Below are positions 14,993 through 28,254 of a DNA stretch of 64,000 bases, one piece after another. Numbering within the stretch: position 1 is the first letter of the stretch; each line of letters begins with the position of its first letter. Source of the DNA: Eledone cirrhosa (Eukaryota); NCBI GenBank assembly GCA_964016885.1, contig OZ024742.1:131006001-131070000 (forward strand). The letters are read 5' to 3'. The notes under the pieces are model-generated. The model did no database searches and was not told the DNA's origin. It was given only the letters and a program-made list of their open reading frames with translations. The position numbers and the translations under genes were made by a program.

Positions 14993-16170
14993 ACTAGCAG
15001 AAGAACTGCCCCACGGGTGGTTTTCTGCTAGCATATATAGTGTGCATATTGATATACGCAAATATATAAGCACATAGATATGATACATAAATTGACAATA
15101 TGCACATAAACTGAACAAAGACTGTGTTACAGTTACTTCTGTAATCAGTAAAGTAATCCATGATACATTTTAAAAAAAGGCGATAATGGAGATGGAAAAG
15201 CGATGAAACTGTTGACGGAAAATGTTCATGAATCTTCACTTGAGAATGTCGATGGGAAGCTTCAAGCAGTGAATTTGAAAATAGATGCTGCTGGTATGAA
15301 TGAATGAATTACATTTACCAATATGAAGAGTTGAGCCTCGCCGTATTGTTGTTTTACTGTATTCACATATAGACTTCTTAAGCTTTTGTAGTGTCCCTTT
15401 TCTAGCAGTTAAAAAGAAACTGAAATGCATTTCAACTAAAAGAGAGTGATAGCTGTTTCACAGCACTGTAGAATTTCTTTGTAGACACAATTGTCAGCAA
15501 ACAGACCCCTTTCATTTAATATTTTTATATTTTCTTTTTTTGTAACTCGTGATAATGCAACATACATCTGACCATGTGAGAAGAATTGTGTCGGTGGATA
15601 TACACCTATCTTTTCAAATGTCTGCCCTTGGGCCTTGTTGCATGTAAGGGCAAAGGCTGGTTTGACAGGAAATTGGTTGCGAGTAAAGGTGAAAGGGGAC
15701 TCAAGCTCTTGAGATACATGTGGTATCCTTGGGATTAGCAACCTTGTTCCAACATTGGGACCCAATGCCACTTCAGCTTCAATTACATGATTATGTAAAC
15801 TGATGATGATGTAGCGTGTACCATTGCAATGCTCGTTTAGAGGATCCAGATTTCTCAGAAGCATGATGCAACTGCTTTTCTTCAGTTTAAGTATGTGTGT
15901 TGGGAAGTCTGATGGGGTAAGTTTGTTGATGAACTCAATTGGATATTGCAGTTCATTATGTGCCATTCTGAGTTCAAATCCTGCCAAGGTTAACTTTGCC
16001 TTTCATCCTTACGGTATCGATAAAATAAAGTACCAGTAATGCACTGGGTAGTTTCTGGCTTTGTGCCTAACGTAGAAACAATTATGTATTGTATCATAGC
16101 TTCTGTAGATTATTTCATCACCCGGGAACTTGTTGACCATGAACTCATTCACAAATATTGCTGCATCATA
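14993..16170 (-). mobile_element. Helitron 3' fragment: Pif1 helicase C-terminus with hairpin and CTAG end
   Basis: IMLLRNLDP...CNGTR, IPRIP, RNQFPVKPAFALTCNKAQGQT, FSHGQMYVALSRV (Pif1 motifs). Reverse-strand end is ...ccacccgtggggcagttcttctgCTAGt. Confidence 0.92.
15962..16080 (+). mobile_element. Truncated Meta-SINE inserted in the Helitron helicase
   Basis: Meta domain present. TSD ATTATGT at 15955-15961 and 16081-16087. Removing it rejoins YDTIHN-ELQYPIEF. Confidence 0.85.
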
Positions 16171-16203
16171 CACACACAGACGCACCACATATACAAACAC
16201 ACA

Positions 16204-16260
<57 letters not shown>

Positions 16261-16454
16261 CATAATGGCATACATGCATACAAATACACCAACATATATA
16301 CCTAGATATATACATAACACTTCATGCATTCATGGAATCGACCTCTGTCGGTTTCGTCGAATTTTTTAAATAAACGTGCATGTCGCTGAACATTTCATTG
16401 ATACATGTAATGTAACGTAATTCTCAGGGAGATTCAGTATGACAAAGAGAGTGA

Positions 16455-16635
16455 CAAAGCTGACTTTTGAATTACAGGTACAGTCAATTGGACAGGTTTC
16501 CAAACAGTTTCCGTTTACCCAAATCCACACAAATGGGTGGATCAACCCGAAGCTATGGTACATGACACTTACCCAAGATACCACAGAGTGGTATGGAACC
16601 CAGAATATAGTGATAGCGAATCAAAACTCTTAAGG
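16455..16635 (-). mobile_element. Old tRNA-derived CORE-like SINE (related copy about 21030-21230)
   Basis: Reverse strand: ctgggttc...tcttgggtaagtgtc...catagcttcgggttga...ggaaactg. Confidence 0.55.
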
Positions 16636-16913
16636 CATTCACCTATTCTCATAATTTACGGTAATGAACTGTGAAGCCCTCAACGGTGCTGGGGATGGAA
16701 TAATCAAAGCAAAAGCGAAAACCAAAACCACTTCAACAGAGGTCCGCACGTCCCAACGGCTTAATGATGCATAGAAATTTAATTCATCTTAATAAGATTC
16801 TTTAATTGATCTTTTAAATCATGTAAATTTGTTTCGATCACTCGCATGACAAAGAAACTACCAATTTATCATACGTACAAAACACATAAATTTATTCACG
16901 CATAATACATACT

Positions 16914-17012
<99 letters not shown>

Positions 17013-17139
17013 TTACATATACACACATACATACACACACATACATACTTACATATACATATATATACTTACATACATGTATAAATGGATCATACATACA
17101 TACCTTTATATATAAATGTACATACGCATACAATAAGCG

Positions 17140-17207
<68 letters not shown>

Positions 17208-18546
17208 TTACATACATATACACACATGTTACATATATACATATATACATACATATATACATACATACAATCATACATATATACGCAATAGTATTATAAT
17301 ACAATGTTGTATTTTCTTTATTCACTTGATACATTTTCTTTTTACTTTTGTTGTTATTGAATTATATCCACGATTTTATATATGTTTATATATATTTGTT
17401 ATTCAGTAAGAATATTTTTTATGTTGCTTTCTTTCATTTTCTCTCAAAGAAGTTTATGAGTAAAATTCATGTGATTACACATACTTGTTTCCGATGTTAT
17501 CTAGCCCCATGCTGGCCCTGATTGACGTCAATTTCTCGTCGTTTTTGTATACTTGACTACACTTTCCAAATTGTTCTCATTTTAAGAGTTGTTTTTTCTG
17601 TCTCCTGCACGTGTATGTGTAAATGGTCTTCCTTGATGTTACAACTTATATGGTGTCTCTTGGCTATTTTAATGATAGTAGTCCTAACTTTCACTCAATC
17701 TTCTTTTATAATTTGTCACCTGGGAAGTGGAAACTGTCTTCATCCACAAAGGAAGATGTTAGAATAATAATTTTGGAGAAAATAAGTGAGAATATTTTCG
17801 TTATATTCTTCTAGAAATTGTTGTTATATCTCCAGTAAAGTGTTTTCCTTTTCCAAAACTGTTTGGTTTTGTTTCTTCAATACTCTTTCATAACCCCGCC
17901 TGTCTTACTAGAAGTAGTTCTCAAATCGCAAATAACACCCCATTGCAAAAGTTTAGATCAAATCTCCGTCAGAGCAACGCTGAATTTGATCTAAACAGCA
18001 AAAACACAAGGAAGAATAGCAATACCAAGAAAGACCAGGCCAAGTACAACAAAAACAAGAATGAGAACAACGACTACAAGTTACAATTTCTTTAAGAGCT
18101 AATATAATGCTACAACTAGATAGATTTCTTTACTCACTAGTTGTGATATTCTTCCATAAAGAAGAGCAGTTTGTTTTCCGCTAGCTTTTCCAATCTGCCC
18201 TCGATATCTAACAATACCATGTTTATTAGAAATATTGAATTGAATTCGGTAGCTCGAAATCCGTTAGTCTTGTATAAAGACCAGAAATAGTTTTGTTTGT
18301 ACAGTTGTTCTATTTTAGATTTTAGAGTGATAAACATAAAACCGTATGCATTTCTCTTAATAGAAACTAATTTTGCGATTCTTTTTTTATCTTTTAAATT
18401 CAGAGACTTTTTTCTCCGCACATACTCTTTCTTGATTTTGATGATTTATTTATTTATTCATTCACAGAGTTGTATAAAACCTCTAATAATGTTCTTCTTT
18501 ACGGTGAAGATTACAATTCACTGATAAGACATGTCGGAAAAATAAT

Positions 18547-18759
18547 TGCTTCTATTTTTGGCATAAGGCAAGCAATTTGAAGGGGAGTGGAGCATCAATT
18601 AACTCGACTACAGCGCGTTACTGATACTTTATTCTATCAGCCCTCAAGGATGAAGGCAAAGCTACACTCGGCGGGATTTGAACTCAGAACCTAAATGGCT
18701 GTAACTAGATGCCGAAAGTATGTTGTCCGACGCTCTACTGATGCTGCCATTCCATCACT
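18547..18759 (-). mobile_element. Meta-SINE, diverged
   Basis: Meta domain. Flanked by the imperfect TSD atgtcggaaa(a/t)taat. Confidence 0.75.
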
Positions 18760-18886
18760 ATGTCGGAAATTAATACAAAAAAAAAAAAAAAATCATGTTC
18801 ACCATTAAAATGAACATAGTATTAGATGTATGTGAGATCTATGAATAGCGGAACTGGTAATGTGTCGGACAAAATGCCTTGTATTA

Positions 18887-19070
18887 GGGCGGTGAATTGG
18901 CAGTGTCGGTAGAGGGTAGGAAGCTATGCTTTGCAACATAGAGTTATGGCCCTTCACGGTCTGAGTTCAAATCCCGCCGAGGTTAACTTTGCCTTACGGG
19001 GTCGATTAAATAAAGCACCAGTAATGTATTGGGATAATTGCTGGCCTTGTGCCAAAAGTAGAAACAATTA
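18887..19070 (+). mobile_element. Meta-SINE
   Basis: gggcggtgaattggcag head, gagttcaaatcccgccgagg, and the family 3' tail. Confidence 0.75.
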
Positions 19071-19456
19071 TTTACTTACGTCACTTTCCGTTCTGAGTTC
19101 AAATCCCACGCAAGACTTCTGACAAAGTCGGTAAAAAAAAATGCTGTACTTTCCCCATCAAAATTTACGGTTTTGTCAATATATTAGTAATCAATACTAG
19201 TCATTGACTAATACTGTCGTTTCATCATTGTGCATTTATATTTCTATCTAATTATTTAATGTTTCCATGCGTATCGTAACTTTCCCTTTATTTCACATTC
19301 ATATTGGTGCTTCGAATTACTTTATTTTCTTGGAAGGTGCCACTTGTTTACATTCTTCAGTGGGAGCCACGAATCACTAAACGAAAGATATTTTACTATC
19401 TAATAATACAATAACAATGATAAAAATAATGTTAAAAACTTAACGATAAAAATAAT

Positions 19457-19640
19457 TGTTTCTACTTTAGGCACAAGGCCAGCAATAACCCAGTGCATTA
19501 CTGGTACTTTATTTTATCGACCCCGTAAGGATGAAAGGCAAAGTCAACCTCGGCGGGATTTGAACTCAGATCGTAAAGGGACGTAACTATACTGGAAAGC
19601 ATGGCGTCCGACCCTCTACCGATACTGCCAATCCACCGCC
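19457..19640 (-). mobile_element. Meta-SINE with 18-bp TSD
   Basis: CTTAACGATAAAAATAAT at 19439-19456 and 19641-19658. Further partial copies lie near 14820-14980, 19910-20120, 20343-20480, 21563-21850, 33540-33630 and 45830-45930. Confidence 0.85.
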
Positions 19641-21914
19641 CTTAACGATAAAAATAATGCTTTATAATTTAGACACAGTCGTATCTGGCTGAACAGAGTT
19701 GATTTCATTACATACCTGAATAATCCATGCAAACTTACTTGATTTATTATATGTAGTAGAATTGTTACAACGTCGAATAAAATACCTCATGGTATTTATT
19801 CTATACATTTCAAATTCCATTCTCATTGAGGTTTACTTTGTTTCTTATCCAACTCTGGGTCAATAAAGTACTAACTGCTTCAGAACCTTAGATTGTTGAT
19901 TAAAAGGCTCTGTGGCATTTGTTCCGGCTTTTTACATTCGAATCCAAATCCTGCCGAGGAAAACTTTGTTTTTGACCTTTCCTGGGGTTATAAAATAAAG
20001 TACTAGTTCAGGGAGATGAATTGGTGAATTGTTAGAGCGTTGGGCAAAATGCCTGATGGCATATGTTCCTTAGTTTTACATTACAAGTTTCAAACTTGCT
20101 GAGATTAACTTTGTCTTTAAGCGTTCCAATCCAATCCAATCCAATCCAATCCAGGGACTTCTGACTCCTGATAGAGGAACCCCTCTCTCGTTGACATCCA
20201 CCACTTTCTGTTTAGTTATGGTCATATCAGGGGTGAAGCCACACTCACCACGCTTGGTCAATTACGGGTTAGTAAGGGTATTTAAATTATAGTTGGGGTG
20301 GCGTCCGACCCTCTACCGATACTGCCTTAGGCACAAGTCCAGAGTTACGGCCCTTCATGGTCTGAGTTCAAATCCCGCTGAGGTTAACTTTGCCTTTCAT
20401 CCTTACGGGGTCGATAAAATAAAGTACCAGTAAAACACTGGAATAATTGCTGGCCTTGTTCCAAAAGTAGAAACAATTATTATTATACTACATGCTACAT
20501 TAGGTCAATGAGTGACCTCTGGTTACTTCCTTCGCAAGAGCGAAATGTTGTCATGGATTTTTCGTGAAGGGACACAAAGATGATTTTCCATAATGTTTTT
20601 CGTGTATTTCATCAGTTAGATGGAATCAACCTCCATCTATCTGATTCGACAGATCTGGTCAGCTGCAGGTGTGAGCCTCGCGAGTTGAAATGGCTCTTCC
20701 ATCACATTTCCCTTACCATCCTCCGGTGAAACGCCTTCTTCATTCTGTTGGTCGGTGCTGTGGGGAGGTCAGCACGTGGGACTCCATATTTGCTCACCAT
20801 ACAGAGAGACGGGGAGGGCGAGAGAGATGGGGGTGATGACAGTGGGAGGTCGGCTCTTTCACGTTCGGACCATATCCTTGTGGTTGTGTTCATTATCTAT
20901 ACAGTTCATTCGATAGGTGTTCCAGTTGTTCGATTAATCGTACAATCTGCTCATAAATTAACATGTAACATGACTGAGACACGTGTGCCTTTCAGATAAT
21001 TCTTGGGGGTATTTAGGTTGAGAAGGTATGTGACAAGACAGTCCCTTTGAATTACAGGTACAATCCCCTGTACGGTTTTCCAAATAGTCCCCGTCTACAT
21101 AATTTCACTCACAAAGCACAAATCGACCCGAGGCTATGGTAAATAACACCTGCTCAAGATGCCACGTGGTGGGATTGTATCTGGGTTCTAATAATTGCTA
21201 AGCAAACTTCTTAATCGTTTGGCTATGCTGCGTCGACGATTAGATGTTAAAAAATCTCACCATACATATCTGGTTACTCAGAACCTAAATGTTTGGTGAA
21301 ATACTCTAACAGTTTCATCGATGCACTGTCCTTTATTGATTCTTTATTTTCTCGACCGGTGAAACGATTGTATGGTTTGGTAAGGCTTCTGCCAGATATT
21401 GGTACCGTGTTACCCAGTACAGCCTGCTTTATGGTTATGTGATCGGCGATTAAACCGAATCCTCCACCAAACTCTCGTCTGGGGAAGAGTGTAAGTGGAA
21501 CTTAAGCAGCACAAAAGAACAAGAGCTGTTAAAATTGTGGATGAACTTCTCAGAGACAACGACCCCAGTGCGTTACTGGTACTTTATTTTATCGACCCCG
21601 TAAGAATTAAAGGCAACGCTAAGCACGGCAAAATTTGAACTCAGATCGTAAAGGGGTGCAACTCTATGCCATAAAGCATGTTGTCCCACGATCTACCAAT
21701 ACTGCACTTAATAAAGGTTTCTAATTCAGGCACAATGCCAAAAATCTAAGGGGAGGGAACAATGTAATCACACACGATGTAATCGGCTCCAGTGTGTGAC
21801 CCAGGGCGGATGAAAGGGAAAGTCGACCTTATTGGGAGTTGAATTCAGAACTTTGAGGGATATTAAATTAATACCACTAGAGGGACTTGGTTGTGCACTT
21901 TACAAAGGAGAGAG

Positions 21915-21964
<50 letters not shown>

Positions 21965-21992
21965 GGTGAGGGACAGAGAGAGAGAGATAGAG

Positions 21993-22048
<56 letters not shown>

Positions 22049-22106
22049 GGTGAGGGACAGAGAGAGAGAGAGAGCGTGGCAGAAAAAATGTAAATCGGAG
22101 AGAAAA

Positions 22107-22138
<32 letters not shown>

Positions 22139-22721
22139 GGAGAGAAAAAAGAAGGATAGGAGAAAGAGAGCAAGTGAGAAAGGGAGAGAGATGAGGGGGA
22201 AGGAGAGGGAAGGAGAAATAGAAGCAGAGATAGCAACAAGGAAAAAATGCAATAACTAAAAAAATAAAAACCAACTAAAATAAGATTCTAATCAAAAATA
22301 GAAATAAGGGGAGATAACTAATGAGCAGAACGAATGAAGAGGAACAATAAAAAACAACAAAAACAGCAAAAAACAAAACAAATAACAAATCGATTTTAAA
22401 AGGAAGATTGCACAAACAGAAACCGAACTAATGAAACAGAATTAAAATGGAGGAAGGAAAATAGAAAGAATGAAAACATGTGATAAACAAGATTTATATA
22501 ATCATGGTAATTAAATTATTACGACACCCGAGTTCCTACAGCGAAAATTCGCATTAGTTTCAAAAAAGATAAAAAGTAGGAAATCAAAACTTTGCAGGTG
22601 TTCCATTTTTAATAATTAGAGGTGTATATACTTGAGGCTTCTCTCTCTCTCCTTCTATCTCTCTGGCTGTTAGTCCAGCTGTATTTCTGTCTGTCTATCT
22701 GCATATATATATATATATATA

Positions 22722-23181
22722 CTAGCAGAGGCTGCTCGGGTATTAAATAGCAGTTGTGTATACCATTTATGTCAATACTTCAGTGCTGCTTCGAAAACTA
22801 TACTTTTACAAAATCATCGGCTTTTTCCAAAAGGGAGTTCCTGCCCCCAGGGGTCTCCTACTCAATATGTGCCAATTCTGAGAGTTCACATTCATCTGTA
22901 GGACAAATGTAGCCCATGTGTCAAGTTTTGTGAAAATCGGTTGCGAACTCCAGAAGTTATGACGTTTTGTTGCATTGCACTGCAGTGCTTCAGTCTACTC
23001 CAAGGAAGTGGTTAAAGTGGTTAAATGGGGTTATCTGCCGGGGGACCCTATAATCAATATCTGAAAAAATAACAGTGCCCATGACCATCCGGTGTACATA
23101 AGTAACCTATGTCTTAAGTTTGGTGAAAATACTGTAGAAATGCATAAGGTTTATACATACGCGCGTGCGTTCGTGTGTGTG

Positions 23182-23249
<68 letters not shown>

Positions 23250-23853
23250 TGTGTGGGTGTGTATGTATTTGTGTGTGCGTATGTATGTGTATGTCCGTCG
23301 GGGCATACGTATGTACTGGCCTACATCTTCACTATTTACTTTTACTATTTTAATAACCTCTGTCATTTTCGTTTTCAATTTTATTTACATCATTCTTAAA
23401 CTCAGGGGCTGGAAATCATTCTGTTATTTTAAATAGAATATTAGTCTAAAGAATCCATTTATACCATAAACTTGGTCTTGTCTGTGCATGAAATTGTTCT
23501 TCACGCTCCACATAACGACGTATTATCCTCGCCTTTTTCCCGTTCATTGCCAGGGAACGTCTTCACGAACCAAAATATCGTCTTCCTGTTTTCGTTCGGT
23601 TACAACGTTTCTCGAAATATTGACTTCTGCGTTCACAGATTACTCTCAGTTCAATTTGAATGGGAAATTCCCGTTTCATCGATTTTCTCCGTAACCATGG
23701 AAGCTTGTAGCTTGAAGGTCGACCTCACGCCTCCTCGGGTCATTCTGCATAACTGTATAAATTTTAGCTGCATTCCACCCAGCCATTTCGACGTTTATCC
23801 GACTACACCTACTTACTTATATATACAACGTCCGACCACTTCCAATTCATATA

Positions 23854-23856
<3 letters not shown>
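22722..23856 (-). mobile_element. Non-autonomous Helitron, copy 1 of a tandem pair
   Basis: Reverse strand ends ctctgCTAG, with part of the hairpin deleted. Internal (GT)n. Aligns throughout to 23907-25005. Confidence 0.8.
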
Positions 23857-23906
<50 letters not shown>

Positions 23907-23907
<1 letters not shown>

Positions 23908-24372
23908 TAGCAGAGGTACCCGGCGTTGCTCGGGTATTAAATAGCAGCTGTGTATACCATTTATGTCAATACTCCAGTGCTACTTCGATAACTATACTTT
24001 TACAAAATCATCGGCTTTTTCCAAAAGAGGGTTCCCACCCCCAGGGGTCCCCTACTCAATATGTGCCAATTCTGAGAGTTCACATTCATCTGTAGGACAA
24101 ACGTAGCCCATGTGTCAAGTTTTGTGAAAATCGGTTGCGAACTCCAGAAGTTATGACGTTTTGTTGCATTGCACTGCAGTGCTTCAGTCGACTCCAAGAA
24201 AGTGGTTAAAGGGGGTTATCTGCCGGGAGGCCCTATAATCAATATCTGTAAAAATGAAAGTGCCTATGACCATCCGGAGTACATAAGTAACCTATGTCTT
24301 AAGTTTGGTGAAAATACTGTAGAAATGCATAAAGTTTATACATACGCGCGTGCGTTCGTGTGTGTGTGTGTA

Positions 24373-24408
<36 letters not shown>

Positions 24409-25005
24409 TGTTTGTGTGTTTGTGTGTGTGTGTGTAGGGGGGGGGGTATGTATTTATGTGTGCGTATGTCCGTCGGGGCATACGTATGTACAGACCTAAA
24501 TCTTCACTATTTACTTTTACTATTTTAATAACCTCTGTCATTTTCGTTTTCAATTTTATTTACACCGGGGCTGGAAATCATTCTGTTATGTTAAATAGAA
24601 TATTAGTCTAACGACTCCATTTATACCATAAACTTGGTCTTGTCTTTGCATGAAATTGTTCTTCACGATCCACATAACGACGTATTATCCTCGCTTTTCC
24701 CGTTCATTGCCAGGGAACGTATTCACGAACCAAAATATCGTCTTCCTGTTTTCATTCGGTTGCAACGTTTCTCGAAATATTTACTTATGCGTTCACAGAT
24801 TACTCTCAGTTCAATTTGAATGGGAAATTCGTGTTTCATCGATTTTCTCCGTAACCATGTAAGCTTGAACCCTAAACGCCTCTTCGGGTCATTCTGCATA
24901 ACTGTGTAAATTTTCGCTGTATTCCACCAAGCCTTTTCGACGTTTATCCGACTACACCTACTTACTTAAATATACAACATCCGACCACTTTCAATTTATA
25001 TAGTA
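23907..25005 (-). mobile_element. Non-autonomous Helitron, copy 2
   Basis: Reverse-strand 3' end cccgagcaacgccggg-tacctctg-CTAG|t. The 5' end tactatataaattg lies in (TA)n. No TSD. Confidence 0.85.
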
Positions 25006-25124
25006 TATATATATATATATATATTTAAAAGAATAGAGGTGTAACACACGAGTTGTGATATATTGGTAAAAGGAAAAGAAAATGCTGACAAATTCTTCCC
25101 AGTGAAAAATAGTTTAATTAGGAA

Positions 25125-25760
25125 TAAGTAAAAATTACTAATTTTTACTTATGAAACGAAATTTCATTTCTCACTCTTAGTACAGCTGTTACTTAAATAT
25201 AGGTATGTACACACCGACCATTATAATAAATGTTCGGTAAATCCATACGTACATATATATATGTGTGCATGTATGTATATATATACATACTACTGTACGT
25301 CTGTATATATATATGTTTGTACGTATACATACTTATATTTAAGTAACAGCCGTACTAAGAGTGAGAAATGAAATTTCGTTTCATTTTTTCCGTTTATCGT
25401 TTTCGGTGCGCCCGGCCGATTAACTCACTCGATATGCAAATTAGGCTGCTCAGCCGTTAATATGCATAAGGAAAGTATATACTTTCAGACGTTCAATCAT
25501 CTGGCAGGAAGGTATACGTTGCTGACGATAGCTAATAAGCTTGAAACTAGTACAGCGTTCCTTTGTCAGTGTTGAACAAAAGAGAAACGATGGTTGCTAA
25601 ACACTGTACGGCTTAATTCGGGCTGTTTGTTTACAAACACACCGAGCATTATAATAAATGTTCGGTAAATCCATACGTACATATATATATGTGTGCATGT
25701 ATGTATATATATACATACTACTGTACGTCTGTATACATATATGTATGTACGTATACATAA
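25125..25760. repeat. PLE terminal-repeat module with inverted arm (25151-25210 and 25325-25384) and partial tandem copy
   Basis: aaatttcatttctcactcttagtac is mirrored. 25209-25330 is repeated at 25637-25758. Family also at 40205-40525 and 48216-48580. Confidence 0.8.
25517..25557 (+). ncRNA. Minimal type I hammerhead ribozyme
   Basis: cgttg-CTGACGA-t agct aata agct t-GAAAC-TA-GTA|cagcg. 5-bp stem I and palindromic stem III ACTAGT. Confidence 0.8.
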
Positions 25761-25886
25761 TTATATATATATATATATATATATATGTGTTTATATATAT
25801 ATGTATGTATATATATAGTCCAGAATTAGCCGTCGAAACGGCTTGAGCTCAGCCGTCGGGGTCTTACTCGTTCCTCTGTATGTATA

Positions 25887-25960
<74 letters not shown>

Positions 25961-25961
<1 letters not shown>

Positions 25962-28200
25962 CTTTAACTTTGATAATTTCGGCCAGTATTGGCCCAGGCC
26001 CTGTCTAACTTGATAGCACCACCTGGCGAAGTCTTACAAATCAGTGTTTGGGCACCATGGCCCACTCGAGCAGAGAGTTATTGTTTACGGAGGCATATCC
26101 GGGTGTAGGAGGCTTATCCGGGATTTCTTGAAGGAATTTATTCAAAGACTTCTTGAACTTGATAGGGTCTGTTTCTGCTTTGATGTGTTTTGGTATAATG
26201 TTAAAGAGAGCAGGGTCAATTGAGGTGAAATAATTGTACCGTATTGTTGTTATGAGATGCGAGTGAGATTTTTGTCATGGGCGGATAGCACGGGGCCCAA
26301 GCCTTGGGTGTATATCAAAGGTGATGCCAACATCATTTGGGCAAAGCTCATGGAATATTTTCCACATCATGCAGATAATGTAGCGCTCACGGCGACGTTG
26401 GAGAGAATAAAGGTTTAGCTTTTCTAATCGACTCCAATGGTTAAGGCCTGTCATTCCATCTATCTTTTTTGTAATTGACCTTTGAGGTGCTTCAACTTTC
26501 ATGATACTTTGTTTCGTGCGGGGTGACCACAGTGGACAGCAGTATTCAAGGTGTGGTCGGGCAAAAGTGGAGAAGAGAAGCATAACAGTGTGGATATCTC
26601 TCGACTGGAAAGTTCTGAGAATTCAGGAACACATTCTGCGGGCCATATCAACTTTGCTGTTTATATGAGTGGCCCAGCTTATGTTGTTGTCCACAATTAC
26701 TCCCACGTCCCTGATGTTATTGGATGCCACTAGAGTTTCACCCGAAGGAAGAGGATTTGGTAGTTTCAGGGCATCCTTTTTACCAAAGTGGACTAATTCA
26801 AACTTATCTTCATTCAACAGCATATTATTCTTTTCTGCCCATTGGATATCAGCCAGTAGGTCTGACTGAAGGCAGGTCCGGTCACCCACCTCATTGATGA
26901 TCGTTTGGAGCTTGGAATTATCTGCGAAGATTCTTATGTTGGTGTGCTTGATGATGTCAGCAATGTCATTAATGTAGATGATGAAAAGAAATGGCCCAAC
27001 ACAGTGCCTTGTGGGACGCCACTGATGACTTTGGCAGGGCTTGATTTTACTCCGACTGTCTGTGAGGAAACATTTGATCCGCTGTAGTAACCTTCTAGAG
27101 ACACCAACATTGGATAGTTTTTTCAGTAGAATCTTATGATCAACCCTGTCAAAGGCCTTGCAGAAATCAAGGTAGATGACATCAGTGTTGGAGCCCTCTC
27201 CCAAGGCTCTCAAAACATTGTCAAAGTGATGCAGGAGCTGCGTTAGGCAGTCCCTTCCATTACAGAACCCATATTGGCTGGAGTTCAGCAGGCTGTTGCT
27301 TTCAAGAAAGTGGGTTATTCGCGATCTCACCACACTCTCAAATAGCTTGATAATGTGAGAGGTGAGTGAGATCGGACGGTAGTTCACTGCAAGGGATTTA
27401 TTTCCCTTTTTGAAGACTGGGACAACAGACTGGGACAGAAAGTTTTCAGGAATATAGCCGGTGTCCAGTGAGTTCCTTCACAGATTAGCAAGAGGAGATG
27501 CAAGTTGGTGTCGACACACCTTCAAGACACAAGCAGAGAACCTGTCAGGGCCTACTGCTGAATTGTGTTTAATTTCGTTTATTGCCAAGACATCAGGGGC
27601 GCCAAACGTTATGACTGATATAGTGTGTTGGGGATTAACATCACTGATACAGCCCAGATCGGCGATATTAGGATTGCTGAAAACAGAGCAGTATTGTTTC
27701 TGCAGTATCTCGCCCATGGTTTTGGCATTGTCCTGGAGTGTGCCATTTTCATCAACTAGAGGGCCAACAGTGGAGACGGTGACCTTGTGATTTTTAGCAA
27801 ATGAAAAGAACACTTTGGGGTTGAGTTTGATTTTCTCAATGGCCCACCTCTCTTCAGCTATTCCCTGGTTATTGATGATGGTCATCATGCATTGCTGGAA
27901 GTTATATTTTTTTGACTCAAGCAGGGCGATAGCCATCGAATGTGTGTGTTGCTGTTGGCAGTATTTTAGTGTGTTAATTTTTTTGTTTGCTCTTTTTATT
28001 TTTCCTACAATTGTTTTTCTCTTTTGGGGGATACTGCACTTGGTTTTGTTCACAGGTTTTGGTTGGGTGTGTTTTGTACATATATTTGTGACAGTGTCTA
28101 CAAAGATCTGCCAAGATGTTTTGATGTTGGTGGAAATGTGTGCGCGTGTAAAAGACCAGTCAACATGTGATAGTTCGTTCATAATTTCATCCCAGTTGGG
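25961..28200 (-). mobile_element. 5'-truncated CR1-group LINE, degenerate ORF2 RT
   Basis: NYRPISLTSHIIKLFE, DVIYLDFCKAFDRVDH, FIIYINDI...IFADNSKL, RPHLEYCCPLWSP, LYSLQRRRERY. Frameshifted and flanked by (TA)n on both sides. Confidence 0.92.
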
Positions 28201-28251
<51 letters not shown>

Positions 28252-28254
28252 ATA

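Noticed and set aside
18137-18421. Lys-rich ORF, possibly a PLE N-terminus
   Set aside because: No diagnostic motif, and explained by AT-rich composition.
20520-20890. GC-richer segment, possible exon or LTR-element remnant
   Set aside because: No convincing motif or splice context.
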